Shown: piece by piece, positions 17,527 to 27,434 of the stretch
How the letters are laid out: each line of letters begins with the position of its first letter
Position numbering within the stretch: position 1 is the first letter of the stretch
Assembly (NCBI GenBank): GCA_045106415.1
Contig: JBGCEP010000030.1
Location: 11,921 to 75,920, forward strand
From: Oligoflexales bacterium
GTDB lineage: Bacteria; Bdellovibrionota_B; Oligoflexia; Oligoflexales; Bog-1112
DNA length: 64,000 nt
Reading direction: 5' to 3'
Program-made: the position numbers and the translations under genes
The notes under the pieces: model-generated
The model's database searches: none
What the model saw: only the letters and a program-made list of their open reading frames with translations
Told to the model about the DNA's origin: nothing

Positions 17527-18711
17527 TCACGGATTAGCTAAATACAATTTACTTTGTACTTTCTCCCAAGCACTCCTGGAAATCACTTCAGAATTTTGCT
17601 TTTTGCCTGCACAGCCAACTTCATGATAAATAGCCAGCAACTTTTTTGCGACTTTTTCCCACTGAAATTTCTGAACCTGAAGGTACCCTCTGTGAACCAA
17701 TTCTTCACGGAGTTCAACATTCGTTAGCAATGCCGCCATCGCGTCCGAAAGCCCTTCAACATCATAAGGGCCAACCATAAGAGCTGCATTACCAACGACC
17801 TCAGGTATGGAAGAACTCATTGACGTCACCACAGGCGTCCCTGACGCCATAGCTTCAAGCGGCGGCAACCCAAAACCTTCATATAAACTTGGATAAGCAA
17901 CAAGGCTAGCATAACGATAATAACTTCTCAGGGTCTGCTCATCTGCAAACCCTTTAAAGATGACATCCTCTTTATACTTTTTGATTGTCAAAGAAACATC
18001 GGCAAATAAGGGTGATTCGCCACCGATTAAAACTAGTTTCGGCTTCAATTCAGGGTGAGAGTCTCTCATGCTCTCATACGATTCAACCAGTGTTTTTATA
18101 TTTTTTCTAGGCTCTAACGATCCTACATATAGAATATAAGATTCTGGCTGACCTGCCCTCGGTTTAGGTGGTTGCTGTAAAAAAGATTCATCTACAGCCC
18201 AGTAAACCGTCGATACTTTTTCCGCACTCAATCCACAATGTAAGAGAAGATCGTTACGCGAATTATTACTATTTGTCACCACTCGAGCTGCATTTTTTGC
18301 CAATCGAGGGATAACAAAATTATACCAATGTCGAAATGAAAAACTGTACCATTTTGGATTCACAATAAAACAAAGATCATGAATATGAACAACGGCTTTG
18401 CCTTTGTAAAAAAGAGGAGCCATATTCGCAGGACAGTGAAGAAGGTCAACATTATATTTTTTTGCTAGCGCAGGCAAAGTCCATTGCTCCCACCATAAAT
18501 TACGAGACGTCTCACCGCCTCGAATTCCTGATGGAACAACCGTTGTATTCGACTTCTGCCATTCTGGACGATTTAATTGATCATGTCCTGTAAAAATAAA
18601 ATATTCATTATCCTCATCAAGATCAACTAATGTTCGAATCAGGTTATATGCTGCTCGTTGCACCCCTGTTTGTTTTGCAACTAAAAACCGCCCGTTGATT
18701 CCAATTCTCAT
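17527..18711 (-). CDS. Glycosyltransferase, GT4 family
   Basis: 394 aa. It carries the PSLYEGFGLPPLEAMASGTPVV motif. Confidence 0.8.
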   Translation of the reverse strand: MRIGINGRFLVAKQTGVQRAAYNLIRTLVDLDEDNEYFIFTGHDQLNRPEWQKSNTTVVPSGIRGGETSRNLWWEQWTLPALAKKYNVDLLHCPANMAPLFYKGKAVVHIHDLCFIVNPKWYSFSFRHWYNFVIPRLAKNAARVVTNSNNSRNDLLLHCGLSAEKVSTVYWAVDESFLQQPPKPRAGQPESYILYVGSLEPRKNIKTLVESYESMRDSHPELKPKLVLIGGESPLFADVSLTIKKYKEDVIFKGFADEQTLRSYYRYASLVAYPSLYEGFGLPPLEAMASGTPVVTSMSSSIPEVVGNAALMVGPYDVEGLSDAMAALLTNVELREELVHRGYLQVQKFQWEKVAKKLLAIYHEVGCAGKKQNSEVISRSAWEKVQSKLYLANP

Positions 18712-19865
18712 AACGCTTCACTCGCAAGCTGCCCAAAAGGTGATCGAAAACATTGTTCATAAATCTGAAGTGTTTGTTGTGCCATCGTTTCCCAAGAATA
18801 ACTTCTTGCATGCTCAATCCCACGTTCACTCAAGGCTTGACGATGACAACTCGCATGTTCAAGACCCTCTTGCAGCGCTCTTGCAATATCTTGATAATCA
18901 TAAGGGTGAGCAAAAACCGCGTGCTCACCAACAACTTCTGGCAAACTTGATGAACGCGCAACAACCACCGGCGTTCCACACGCCAAAGCCTCAAGAGGTG
19001 GTAACCCAAAACCTTCATACGTTGAAGGGTAAACAAATAACTCACTCATAGAATAAATTGCAGGCAAGTGCTCTTCTTGTATGAAGCGGGCAAAGTACAA
19101 AAGATGCTTTTTCCCGTAGTCTTCTGCCACAGCAATCACCCCCAGATCCACTGGCGTTGCCAAAACCAAAGGGAGCTCTATATCACTAAAACACCATGCT
19201 CGAACAAGTCTATGCAAATTTTTATGAGGTTTATTATTGGAAAGACAAAAAATAAACTTCTCAGGTAATGAATAAGCATCTCTTACGTACTGTAATTCTC
19301 TTTGATCTGTTTCTGGCTCAAATCTAGAAGACACCCCATTATAAGTAACATAAATTTTTTCAGCATCCAGATCCAAATTAGAAACAATTTCATCACGACT
19401 AAACTCTGAAACAGTGAGAATAGATTCCGAACGCTGAATACAGCTACGCACAAACATTTGATAATAAAATTGATGAAAAGGAGTGTAAAACTGAGACAAA
19501 ACCATATGGTTCAAATCGTGAATTGTCATCAACATACGACATGGACACATCAAGGGAGCCACAAAAGATGGGGAGTGAAATAAGTCAGACTGAAGTTTTT
19601 TTAAAAGCTTCGGCAACTCCCATTGCTCACGAAAACTAATCCACCTTGCTTTGACATAAACCAAGCGCATATGAGATGGCCACGTCATTTTCTCCAGCGA
19701 GCTTCCTGGGTTCACAATAATATCAAAACTATGCTTCGAATCCATAGTTCTTAAACAATAAAGAAGCTCGTAAACATAACGGGCAATTCCGTGCATTGTC
19801 GCCGGCTTTACCATTCTTGCATCGATGGCGACTTTCAACGTCTGTCTCCATTGGCTGGATTTCAT
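18708..19865 (-). CDS. Glycosyltransferase, GT4 family
   Basis: 385 aa with the PSTYEGFGLPPLEALACGTPVV motif. It has a 4-nt overlap with the downstream GT4 gene. Confidence 0.8.
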   Translation of the reverse strand: MKSSQWRQTLKVAIDARMVKPATMHGIARYVYELLYCLRTMDSKHSFDIIVNPGSSLEKMTWPSHMRLVYVKARWISFREQWELPKLLKKLQSDLFHSPSFVAPLMCPCRMLMTIHDLNHMVLSQFYTPFHQFYYQMFVRSCIQRSESILTVSEFSRDEIVSNLDLDAEKIYVTYNGVSSRFEPETDQRELQYVRDAYSLPEKFIFCLSNNKPHKNLHRLVRAWCFSDIELPLVLATPVDLGVIAVAEDYGKKHLLYFARFIQEEHLPAIYSMSELFVYPSTYEGFGLPPLEALACGTPVVVARSSSLPEVVGEHAVFAHPYDYQDIARALQEGLEHASCHRQALSERGIEHARSYSWETMAQQTLQIYEQCFRSPFGQLASEAL

Positions 19866-20109
19866 GCTTAAATATAATCACACTCACCCTATCTCAACCT
19901 TTGAGATAAAAAAAGTTGATTCTCTTGGAGAAATCAAATTCGCTCAAGTTTTATGAACAAAATTATATATTTCCGGCATATTTTCAAATCAAGTTATTTA
20001 TTTCATGAACCTTTTTTTTTAAGACCTCAACCGCTAAATATAAAAGACAAAAATGACCCCTTTGGAAAATCTTTTAGATTAACTCTAAAATCCACGACAC
20101 GTGTTTTGT

Positions 20110-20125
20110 CTGAGGAATTCCTCAG
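20110..20125. repeat. Perfect 16-bp palindrome CTGAGGAATTCCTCAG, 24 nt upstream of the vWA lipoprotein start
   Basis: Read directly. It could be an operator or a 5'-UTR hairpin. Its function is unknown. Confidence 0.5.
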
Positions 20126-20148
20126 GATGACCTTTAGAGGAGAGAGTC

Positions 20149-21486
20149 ATGAAACGTACACTACCTTTTGTGAGCCTTGTATGGCTCACGTACTCATGCG
20201 GAGAACCTGCACCAGCGTTCCAAGAAACAGCAGCCATTGCAGCTGAAGCAAACATTGAAGTCGCTCCAGAAGCTGGAAGCGTACCTTCTACAATCACCAC
20301 AGGAGCATTCAACAACCCAGAAGCCTTAGACCCAGATATAAAGGCAGAGATCTTCCCTGATGGAGAAGGGCCCAATTCATCAATAACAACAGGTTCTGAA
20401 CCAGGCCTTGATATCAGCAGCAGTTCTTCTGATCCAAACTCAGGCACTTCTGCTCCTGACACCAACACTTCTAACCCAGGGCTTGAAGGGCTCGCAAATT
20501 TTGAACTTTATTCACAAGACTCTATACAAAAAGGAAATGGTAAAGTCGATATTTTATGGGTCATTGATAATTCTGGATCTATGAAAGAAGAGCAAGACTA
20601 CCTCGGTGCAAACTTTGTCTCTTTTATTAACGGCCTTTCTTTAACAGGGATCGATTTTCAAACCGCCATTACAAACACTGATGTTTGTGATGATAGCTTA
20701 CCCGCAGAATTAATCGATCGTAGCTGCCCTTTTTACTATGGCGGCGACAGCACTACACATCTACGTGGTGATTTTGTCGGACCTGTCCTTAAATCAGGAT
20801 CAGCCAACCTAAGCATTGACTTCAAAAGTCAGACCGCGATTGGAACCAACGGTTCAAGTTTTGAGCACGGCCTCAAAGCAACAGAACTTGCAATTCAAAA
20901 AGCACTGACCGGACAGAGTGAAGCACTTGTTCGCGACGGCTCATTCTTATCAGTTATCGTCGTTAGCGATGAAGAAGATGACGGAATTGGGCTTGGTAAG
21001 GTCGATGCATACAATCTTCATAATTTTATCGAAGATGGACTTACTCAGTTCTCATACACACCTGATCACCTACTTAATTATCTAAACACAGCTAAAGGAG
21101 CTGGACAGTTTTCAGTGTCCGCCATCACAGGAACACGCCTAGCAAATGGCTCCATGTGCTCAGCAGCACATTCACAACCCCTGGAAGAAGGAACCGCATA
21201 CATCGATATCGCAAACAAAACAGGTGGATCTTTACAGAGTATTTGTGACACCGATTGGGGAAATTCTCTATATCAACTCGGGCAAGACTTGACTGCACAA
21301 GCCACACAAATCCTTCTGGATCGACAACCTCTAGCAAGCTCAATTCAAGTCACAGTCGATGGCGATAGCAATACAGCTTGGACTTATTTTCCAGCAATCA
21401 ACACAATTAAATTTGACGCAAGCGCTCTACCTTCAGTCGGTGCAGCAATACACGTCGAATACATGGCAGCAAAAAGCGTTGATTAA
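20149..21486 (+). CDS. Secreted or lipoprotein with a von Willebrand factor A-like domain
   Basis: The signal is MKRTLPFVSLVWLTYSCG. A low-complexity Ser/Pro/Thr linker follows. The MIDAS-like motif is VDILWVIDNSGSMKEE, with a later acidic VSDEEDD segment. Confidence 0.7.
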   Translation: MKRTLPFVSLVWLTYSCGEPAPAFQETAAIAAEANIEVAPEAGSVPSTITTGAFNNPEALDPDIKAEIFPDGEGPNSSITTGSEPGLDISSSSSDPNSGTSAPDTNTSNPGLEGLANFELYSQDSIQKGNGKVDILWVIDNSGSMKEEQDYLGANFVSFINGLSLTGIDFQTAITNTDVCDDSLPAELIDRSCPFYYGGDSTTHLRGDFVGPVLKSGSANLSIDFKSQTAIGTNGSSFEHGLKATELAIQKALTGQSEALVRDGSFLSVIVVSDEEDDGIGLGKVDAYNLHNFIEDGLTQFSYTPDHLLNYLNTAKGAGQFSVSAITGTRLANGSMCSAAHSQPLEEGTAYIDIANKTGGSLQSICDTDWGNSLYQLGQDLTAQATQILLDRQPLASSIQVTVDGDSNTAWTYFPAINTIKFDASALPSVGAAIHVEYMAAKSVD

Positions 21487-21549
21487 ATAGAGGAAATCAT
21501 CACTCAACAGCTTTGAAAAACAAAATGGTTTTTATAAACCAATCTCTCC

Positions 21550-21578
21550 TTTACAAAAATTCGTTTATTAGGGATAAC
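21550..21578 (+). promoter_or_regulatory. Candidate sigma70-type promoter for putP
   Basis: TTTACA (21550-21555), a 17-nt spacer and GATAAC (21573-21578). The predicted start would fall inside the left arm of the adjacent terminator hairpin. Confidence 0.3.
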
Positions 21579-21615
21579 CGTTCCCGCTCATAAAGAGTGG
21601 GAACGGAGTTTTTTT
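21578..21615 (+). terminator. Intrinsic terminator after the vWA gene, fused to the putP translation start
   Basis: A 12-bp stem pairs CCGTTCCCGCTC with GAGTGGGAACGG (5-nt loop, one G-U pair). It is followed by AG and T7. Confidence 0.7.
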
Positions 21616-22984
21616 GCCATCTACGATCACAGTCACTTTTTGCATTTATCTATCATTCACTCTAGGAATCGGTTTTTATTCCTACTGGAAGACAGTAACA
21701 GTCAAAGACTACTTACTAGCTGATAAAAAACTAGGTCCCTTTACGAGCGCTCTCAGCGCAGGCGCCTCTGATATGAGCGGGTGGCTTCTTTTAGGCTTAC
21801 CTGGATTAGCTTTTTCGGGACACAGTGGTTGTTTATGGGTTGCACTCAGCCTTTTGCTAGGCACTTATGCAAATTGGAAAATCATTGCGAAACCTTTACG
21901 TGAAGCAACACAAAACAACATTCAAACACTCCCGCGATATCTAGAGGTCCGATTCAATACAAAACATGGATTTTTGCGTGTACTTTCTGCCTCTTTAATT
22001 ATTTTCTTTTTTACTCTTTATGCGAGCTCAGGCCTCATTGCAGCTGGAAAACTTTTTGAACAAGGGTTTCAAATCCCTTCATATACCGGTATTTTCATAA
22101 CAGCCTTCCTTATGGTGACTTATACAATTTTCGGTGGTTTTTTAGCTATTGTTTGGACCGATGTTTTTCAAGCGCTACTCATGAGTCTTGCACTCATTGT
22201 TGTGCCAATCTCTATTTTTTGGCAAACATGGGATGCAACACACGTTGTTATGAATCACAAGTTATCTATTTTTGAAGTCATCTCGCACGCCTCATGGGGT
22301 TTAGGGTATTTTGGACAACCTCATATTCTAAGTCGATTTATGGCGATGAAAGACACTAAAAATATATCAAAATCAGCCCAATTTGGGACCATCTGGTGTG
22401 GAGCTTGTTTGTTAGGAGCCGTGTGCACGGGCTTTGCTGGTTTTCGTTTTTTTAATGGTCAACTCTCTGACCCTGAGTCAGTATTCATGGCTTTAATCCA
22501 AGAGGCTTTTCCTCCATTTATCGCTGGAACATTACTTGCAGCGATTTTTGGCGCTATCATCAGCACAGCTGATTCCCAGCTGCTTGTCGCAGCTAGCTCT
22601 CTTATCCAAGATCTTTTTCCTTCGAATAGCAAAATTGGACGCCAAGTTTGCAGCTCTATTCATTACGGAAGAGCCGCTATTGTTCTGATTACAGCAACAG
22701 CGACACTCATAGCCATTCATCATAGCCACCTTGTTCTAGAAGTCGTTGCTTTTGCTTGGGCTGGGTTTGGAGCAACACTCGGGCCTGTGATTTTGTGTTC
22801 TTTATACTGGAAAAAAACTAATGAAATATCTGCCATTTGCGGCTTACTGTCTGGAACGACAGCGCTTATCATGTGCAAATGGTTTCAAAGCCCTATTTAC
22901 GAGCTTTTGCCTGGTTTTTTCACAGCTCTATTCACTATTTTGATTATTTCTTCGTTATCTCACCAAAAAAATTGTGACACTTAA
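21614..22984 (+). CDS. putP: Sodium:proline symporter (SSF family)
   Basis: 456 aa with a TTG start. The N-terminus [32 protein letters not shown] closely parallels E. coli PutP [32 protein letters not shown]. Confidence 0.85.
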   Translation: [456 protein letters not shown]

Positions 22985-22989
22985 AAGGC

Positions 22990-23033
22990 AAAAAATAACT
23001 TCATTATCTATTTCCAAAAAATAGACAATGAAG
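22990..23033 (-). terminator. Probable terminator of the prkA-operon transcript
   Basis: A 13-bp stem with one mismatch (CTTCATTATCTAT / ATAGACAATGAAG). On the minus strand it is followed by TTATTTTTT. Confidence 0.5.
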
Positions 23034-23063
23034 TGGTTCTATCTCAAAAAATTGAAAGTCACA

Positions 23064-24845
23064 CTAATTCACTGCGTAGTCCCACCTTGCAGATAAAGAC
23101 AAAACAAGTCGGTTTAGACGGCTCTGAGTCGACGTATCATTAGTCGTGCCAGGACTCACAAATTGAGTTTGGCCATAGATAAGCCCCAAACCCCAATCTA
23201 TTGTTTTAGGTCGACGGTTAAACCACGAAACGTGAAAACCGACCTCTAAATCAAGTGCAGACTGAATAGAATGCAGCTTGTTGTCGTATCCAACTCTACC
23301 AATATGCAACGGGGTTAAAGACGATTCTAATGTCCAATTTGCAACATCGCGCCCATTCTCCTCGATTGCCCCTTGAACACCACCATAGAAACCCCCAACC
23401 AGATTATCATACCCGCCATAACCATCATTCTTGACAGATAAAGATTGAAAACCTCCGACAGCCCCCGCAAACCATTTATCAAACCATAAAGAATTTTTAA
23501 CTTTTTGATTCCAAAAAATTCTTGCTAAAGCAGAAAGATGAGTTGCATTTACAGGGCCAGAAGCTTTCGTTTTTGAAAAACCTCCAGTCACATCAAACGT
23601 ATATTTCACCAAGGGAAGAACACCTCGAGTTACTGAGACACCTATTTCATTAATAGGTGAGACAAACTGCCCAGAAGCACCAACAGGGCCGTGATATTTC
23701 CAATGATGATATCCTGCGTGGAGCGTCATATTATCCGCAAAGTATGACATATACCCATTGCTAGGGCCATCTCCACTCGAATCATCAGAAGGTGAAGTCA
23801 TACTTCCATCAAAAGAAAATAAGTCAACAAAGCCATTCTTATCATCTTCTTTGTCATTTTCTTCATCTAAATCAACACTTTGATCGTTTGCACTCTTGTT
23901 TTTCTGATAGTCTTCCTCTTCATTTTTGGCAAAACTTTTTATGTTCTTCTGAAAAACAGCACTCGAATCAGCCAATAATTTTTGACTTTCATCATTCAAA
24001 CGAACAGCTACCAATGACGAAGTTGGTATATCAACAGATTTTGTCGAAAAATATTGAAAATAAGTTCGCAGCTTTGAGTGCTCAACTTTGACACCGTCAC
24101 CGACAGAGAGAGGCTGATAGCTCACTAAGTCAGAAATTTTTGCAACAGACGTTGTCTTTTGTAGGTCAACAATTTTTGCATACCCTAAAAAATCTTGGTC
24201 ATACTTATAAAAAGCCCCGGTCGCTGGATGGTTTTCAGAAACAACAACTCGATTTAATTTTAAACGATCTCCAATTCTCAAACCTTGATGATGCCCACCA
24301 GACAATGTAATAAAAGGTTCATGAATAGAAGTTACATAAGCATCTATTGGCCATTTATTCATCAGACCATAAAGAATCGTTCGCACCCAGTGCTTTCTTT
24401 CCTCATCTTTTGCTTTATTCCAAATAAGTTTTTCAAGTGTCAACGAATCTTGAGACCACAGTGTGAAATCAGAATCAAGCATACGCACTGTGAGAACAAC
24501 CCGATCTGTATCTTTGGCAACCAGCAAACTGAACCACGCATCCAAGTCATAGTGCTTCTTAACAAACTGCCGTTCTTTATAAGTATCCCACAGATCTTCA
24601 GCTATTTCTTGAGACAGTACTGTATACTTTCCTGACCCTCGGACTTCCGATCGAAAAATATCTTCCACACTTTCTTTATGAGGAAATCTATCTCCGTCTT
24701 GACTGGAAAAAAACTGAGGAGGGATCACAGCAACATTACGCACAACAGGAAGCTTTTGTACATCGTTTGCTGTTGCTTGAAACGAAAACAAAATACAGAA
24801 TAAAAAGTATCTTTTAAATTTTTTCTGAAGACTGCGTATTCCCAT
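23064..24845 (-). CDS. Signal-peptide envelope protein, function unknown, possibly outer-membrane associated
   Basis: ORF 23064..24875 trimmed to MGIRSLQKKFKRYFLFCILFSFQATA. The N-terminal half has LpoB/CsgG-like and GxxxGD beta-sandwich-like stretches, which is an impression only. An acidic linker (DEENDKEDD) follows. The C-terminal third, about 230 aa, is Gly- and aromatic-rich. It overlaps the spoVR stop by 32 nt. Confidence 0.5.
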   Translation of the reverse strand: MGIRSLQKKFKRYFLFCILFSFQATANDVQKLPVVRNVAVIPPQFFSSQDGDRFPHKESVEDIFRSEVRGSGKYTVLSQEIAEDLWDTYKERQFVKKHYDLDAWFSLLVAKDTDRVVLTVRMLDSDFTLWSQDSLTLEKLIWNKAKDEERKHWVRTILYGLMNKWPIDAYVTSIHEPFITLSGGHHQGLRIGDRLKLNRVVVSENHPATGAFYKYDQDFLGYAKIVDLQKTTSVAKISDLVSYQPLSVGDGVKVEHSKLRTYFQYFSTKSVDIPTSSLVAVRLNDESQKLLADSSAVFQKNIKSFAKNEEEDYQKNKSANDQSVDLDEENDKEDDKNGFVDLFSFDGSMTSPSDDSSGDGPSNGYMSYFADNMTLHAGYHHWKYHGPVGASGQFVSPINEIGVSVTRGVLPLVKYTFDVTGGFSKTKASGPVNATHLSALARIFWNQKVKNSLWFDKWFAGAVGGFQSLSVKNDGYGGYDNLVGGFYGGVQGAIEENGRDVANWTLESSLTPLHIGRVGYDNKLHSIQSALDLEVGFHVSWFNRRPKTIDWGLGLIYGQTQFVSPGTTNDTSTQSRLNRLVLSLSARWDYAVN

Positions 24846-26316
24846 CAAAGCACAACCTATGTTTGGTCTTCTCAATCATTGTTTCAAGATGCACAGGCCT
24901 TTTCCAAACTTTTTGTAAATTCTTCAAGGTTTCAATTGTACTATCTTGCTTGAGGTCCTCTCCATCATAACGATGCTGAAGAAGAAGCTCTCCCCGATTT
25001 CTAAAGTTCCCATCAACAACATGAATGACTGGAGCACCAAGATTAATAATTTGTTGCAATAACTTTTGTTTTATTGATCTAAAGTCTCTCGATGAAATAA
25101 TATAGTCACCCGTTTTTTGATCATAATCATACAGAAACATTTTTGTTTTATGACAAAAATCCTCATCTAAATATTGATCTAAAAATGTGACATCATTATG
25201 AAATTTTCTTACTTCAAAAATCTTTTTTCGTCCAGCACCAGCCTCTTTGGGACCTTCCCAAGATTCTCGAACTTTATGGTCATCACAGTTGAGATAGCCC
25301 ACCCCAAATCGACCTTCATCCCAACGATTTTCAATATGTCTTAGTAATTCGATCCCTAACTTATAGGGATTAAGTTGGTTAGGTTGATTTGCAACAACTC
25401 CAGCATGTTGGCAGCAGTAATCAATGATGCCTTCAGCACCAACAGGATCAATTTCTGTCATCATTTTACTATGCCAATAACTCGCCCAACCTTCATTAAT
25501 AATTTTAGTTTGGCCCTGAGGAGCAAAGTAATATGATTCTGCTCGAATCATTTCCATAATCCGCCTTTGCCATGTCGACATAGGAGCATATTGAATTAAA
25601 AAATGAAGAATATCTCGCTCTGGTTGATCTGGAACACGAGTTTGCTTTTCTGCATCCTCTAAAATTTTCCTCTTTTGATCTTCTAAATATTCTTGAGGAT
25701 TAATATAATGATCCATATATTTTTTTGACTTTAGTTTTGATGGATTTTTTTTCGCTAAATCTTCTTTTTCTTTATCGGTCAGAGATTTTATATGAGGGCG
25801 AAATACAGAATGTACATCAATTAGATTTTCCATACTCAGACAAACATCAATAAAGTCCTCAACTTCAGATTGGCCAACTTCATTGATAATATTGCGAACA
25901 ACAGCTGCATCATTTGCCATTTGATCAAGCATTTTTCGGTTTGTCTTACTAAACCAATAATTATTTTTAAAAAAATCACAATGCCCATAAACGTGAGCAA
26001 TCACCATCCGTTGAGAAACTTCAGTATTGGACCTTAAAAGATACGCATAGCAAGGGTCATTATTAATGACCATTTCATAAATCTTAGACAAACCATACGT
26101 ATAGCTTTTTGATAAAGATTCATACTCCATACCCCACCGCCAGTGAGGGTAACGAGTAGGAAACCCACCATAGGCAGCTATTTCATTTAACTGTTGATAG
26201 TCGACAACTTCAAATACAGTTGTAAACATATCTAAACCCACCTCTGTTGCTTTATTCCACAGACGATCAGCTTCTGCTTGTAGATGAGGAGGGAGATTTG
26301 TCTGAAAATCAGTCAT
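24814..26316 (-). CDS. spoVR: SpoVR/YcgB family protein
   Basis: 500 aa. The segment ..AAYGGFPTRYPHWRWGMEYE..NDPCYAYLL..AHVYGHCDFFKNN is typical of the SpoVR family. It is the third gene of the prkA trio. Confidence 0.9.
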   Translation of the reverse strand: MTDFQTNLPPHLQAEADRLWNKATEVGLDMFTTVFEVVDYQQLNEIAAYGGFPTRYPHWRWGMEYESLSKSYTYGLSKIYEMVINNDPCYAYLLRSNTEVSQRMVIAHVYGHCDFFKNNYWFSKTNRKMLDQMANDAAVVRNIINEVGQSEVEDFIDVCLSMENLIDVHSVFRPHIKSLTDKEKEDLAKKNPSKLKSKKYMDHYINPQEYLEDQKRKILEDAEKQTRVPDQPERDILHFLIQYAPMSTWQRRIMEMIRAESYYFAPQGQTKIINEGWASYWHSKMMTEIDPVGAEGIIDYCCQHAGVVANQPNQLNPYKLGIELLRHIENRWDEGRFGVGYLNCDDHKVRESWEGPKEAGAGRKKIFEVRKFHNDVTFLDQYLDEDFCHKTKMFLYDYDQKTGDYIISSRDFRSIKQKLLQQIINLGAPVIHVVDGNFRNRGELLLQHRYDGEDLKQDSTIETLKNLQKVWKRPVHLETMIEKTKHRLCFDGNTQSSEKI

Positions 26317-26317
26317 G

Positions 26318-27424
26318 CTATTTTCCTTTGCCTAGGAAAATTTTTAAAGATTCCATAATCGCACTACGGTCTTTAATAGGAGCTAGTGTTACTTTATCAT
26401 GAGATTCACCGAACTTTTTTGTAAGATCACGAAGAAATTGACCTGAACCATATCTAGACTCTACCTGCCCATAACAAAAAATATTAGAAACAGGTAAAAG
26501 AGTGTCTTCCATAATTTTCAAACATTCAGTCGTATCATTGCCAGACCAATTATCTCCATCTGAAAAATGAAATAAATAAATATTCCATTCATCGACAGGG
26601 TAATCTTGAGCCAACATGTCAGCAACAAGCTTATAGGCAGAGCTAATCAATGTCCCACCAGATTCTTTCGTTTTGAAAAAATCTTCTTCACTCACTTCAC
26701 GCGCAGTAGCATCATGAATAACATAACGCCTCTCTAATCCTTTATATTGCTTTTTAAGCCACGTATCGAGCCAAAAACTCGTCATGCGAACGATTTCTTT
26801 TTGTTCATCTCCCATCGACCCTGAAACATCCATCATATAGACAATAACAGCACCTGCCATCGGCTTAGGCGTGACTGTAAAAGACCGGTATCTTTTATCA
26901 TCTTTAATAGGAATAATAACTGGATTATCAGGATCATAATCACCTGTAAGCACGGATCTTTTAAGAGCTTCACGATAAGTTCTTTTAAAATAATGCAAAG
27001 ACTCTGGGCCAAATTTATGGATCCCTGAATAGCGAACTTTATCACTTTCAAGACTTTTTTGGCCTTTATTTTCGATATTAGGAAGCTCAAGCTCTTCACT
27101 CAGAATATCAGCTAATTCTTCAATTGTGACATCAACTTCAAGCTGCTGTTGCCCTGCTTCATTGCCAGCTTCACCCTCACCTGGTTGAGCCGAGCCTTCC
27201 CCTTGACCTGTAGAATCCCCAACTTCACCGTCTCCTTGCCCTACCCCATTCTGGGAAGAACCAAATCGAAAACGAGGAAGATCAATATGAGGAATAGGAA
27301 TTGTGACTTCTTTTTTCCCCTGCCGCGCAATCATATCTCCACTGGAAATAAATTTTCGCAACTCTTTTTTGATCTTCCCTCGCACGATTTTATGGAATCG
27401 ATTGAGGTCCGATTCCATTTTCAT
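26318..27424 (-). CDS. yeaH: YeaH/YhbH family protein (DUF444, vWA-like)
   Basis: ORF trimmed to ATG 27424 (a GAGGAG SD overlaps the prkA stop). It has a Gly- and acid-rich loop ([16 protein letters not shown]) and [10 protein letters not shown]. Confidence 0.9.
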   Translation of the reverse strand: MKMESDLNRFHKIVRGKIKKELRKFISSGDMIARQGKKEVTIPIPHIDLPRFRFGSSQNGVGQGDGEVGDSTGQGEGSAQPGEGEAGNEAGQQQLEVDVTIEELADILSEELELPNIENKGQKSLESDKVRYSGIHKFGPESLHYFKRTYREALKRSVLTGDYDPDNPVIIPIKDDKRYRSFTVTPKPMAGAVIVYMMDVSGSMGDEQKEIVRMTSFWLDTWLKKQYKGLERRYVIHDATAREVSEEDFFKTKESGGTLISSAYKLVADMLAQDYPVDEWNIYLFHFSDGDNWSGNDTTECLKIMEDTLLPVSNIFCYGQVESRYGSGQFLRDLTKKFGESHDKVTLAPIKDRSAIMESLKIFLGKGK

Positions 27425-27434
27425 AAGCAGCTCC

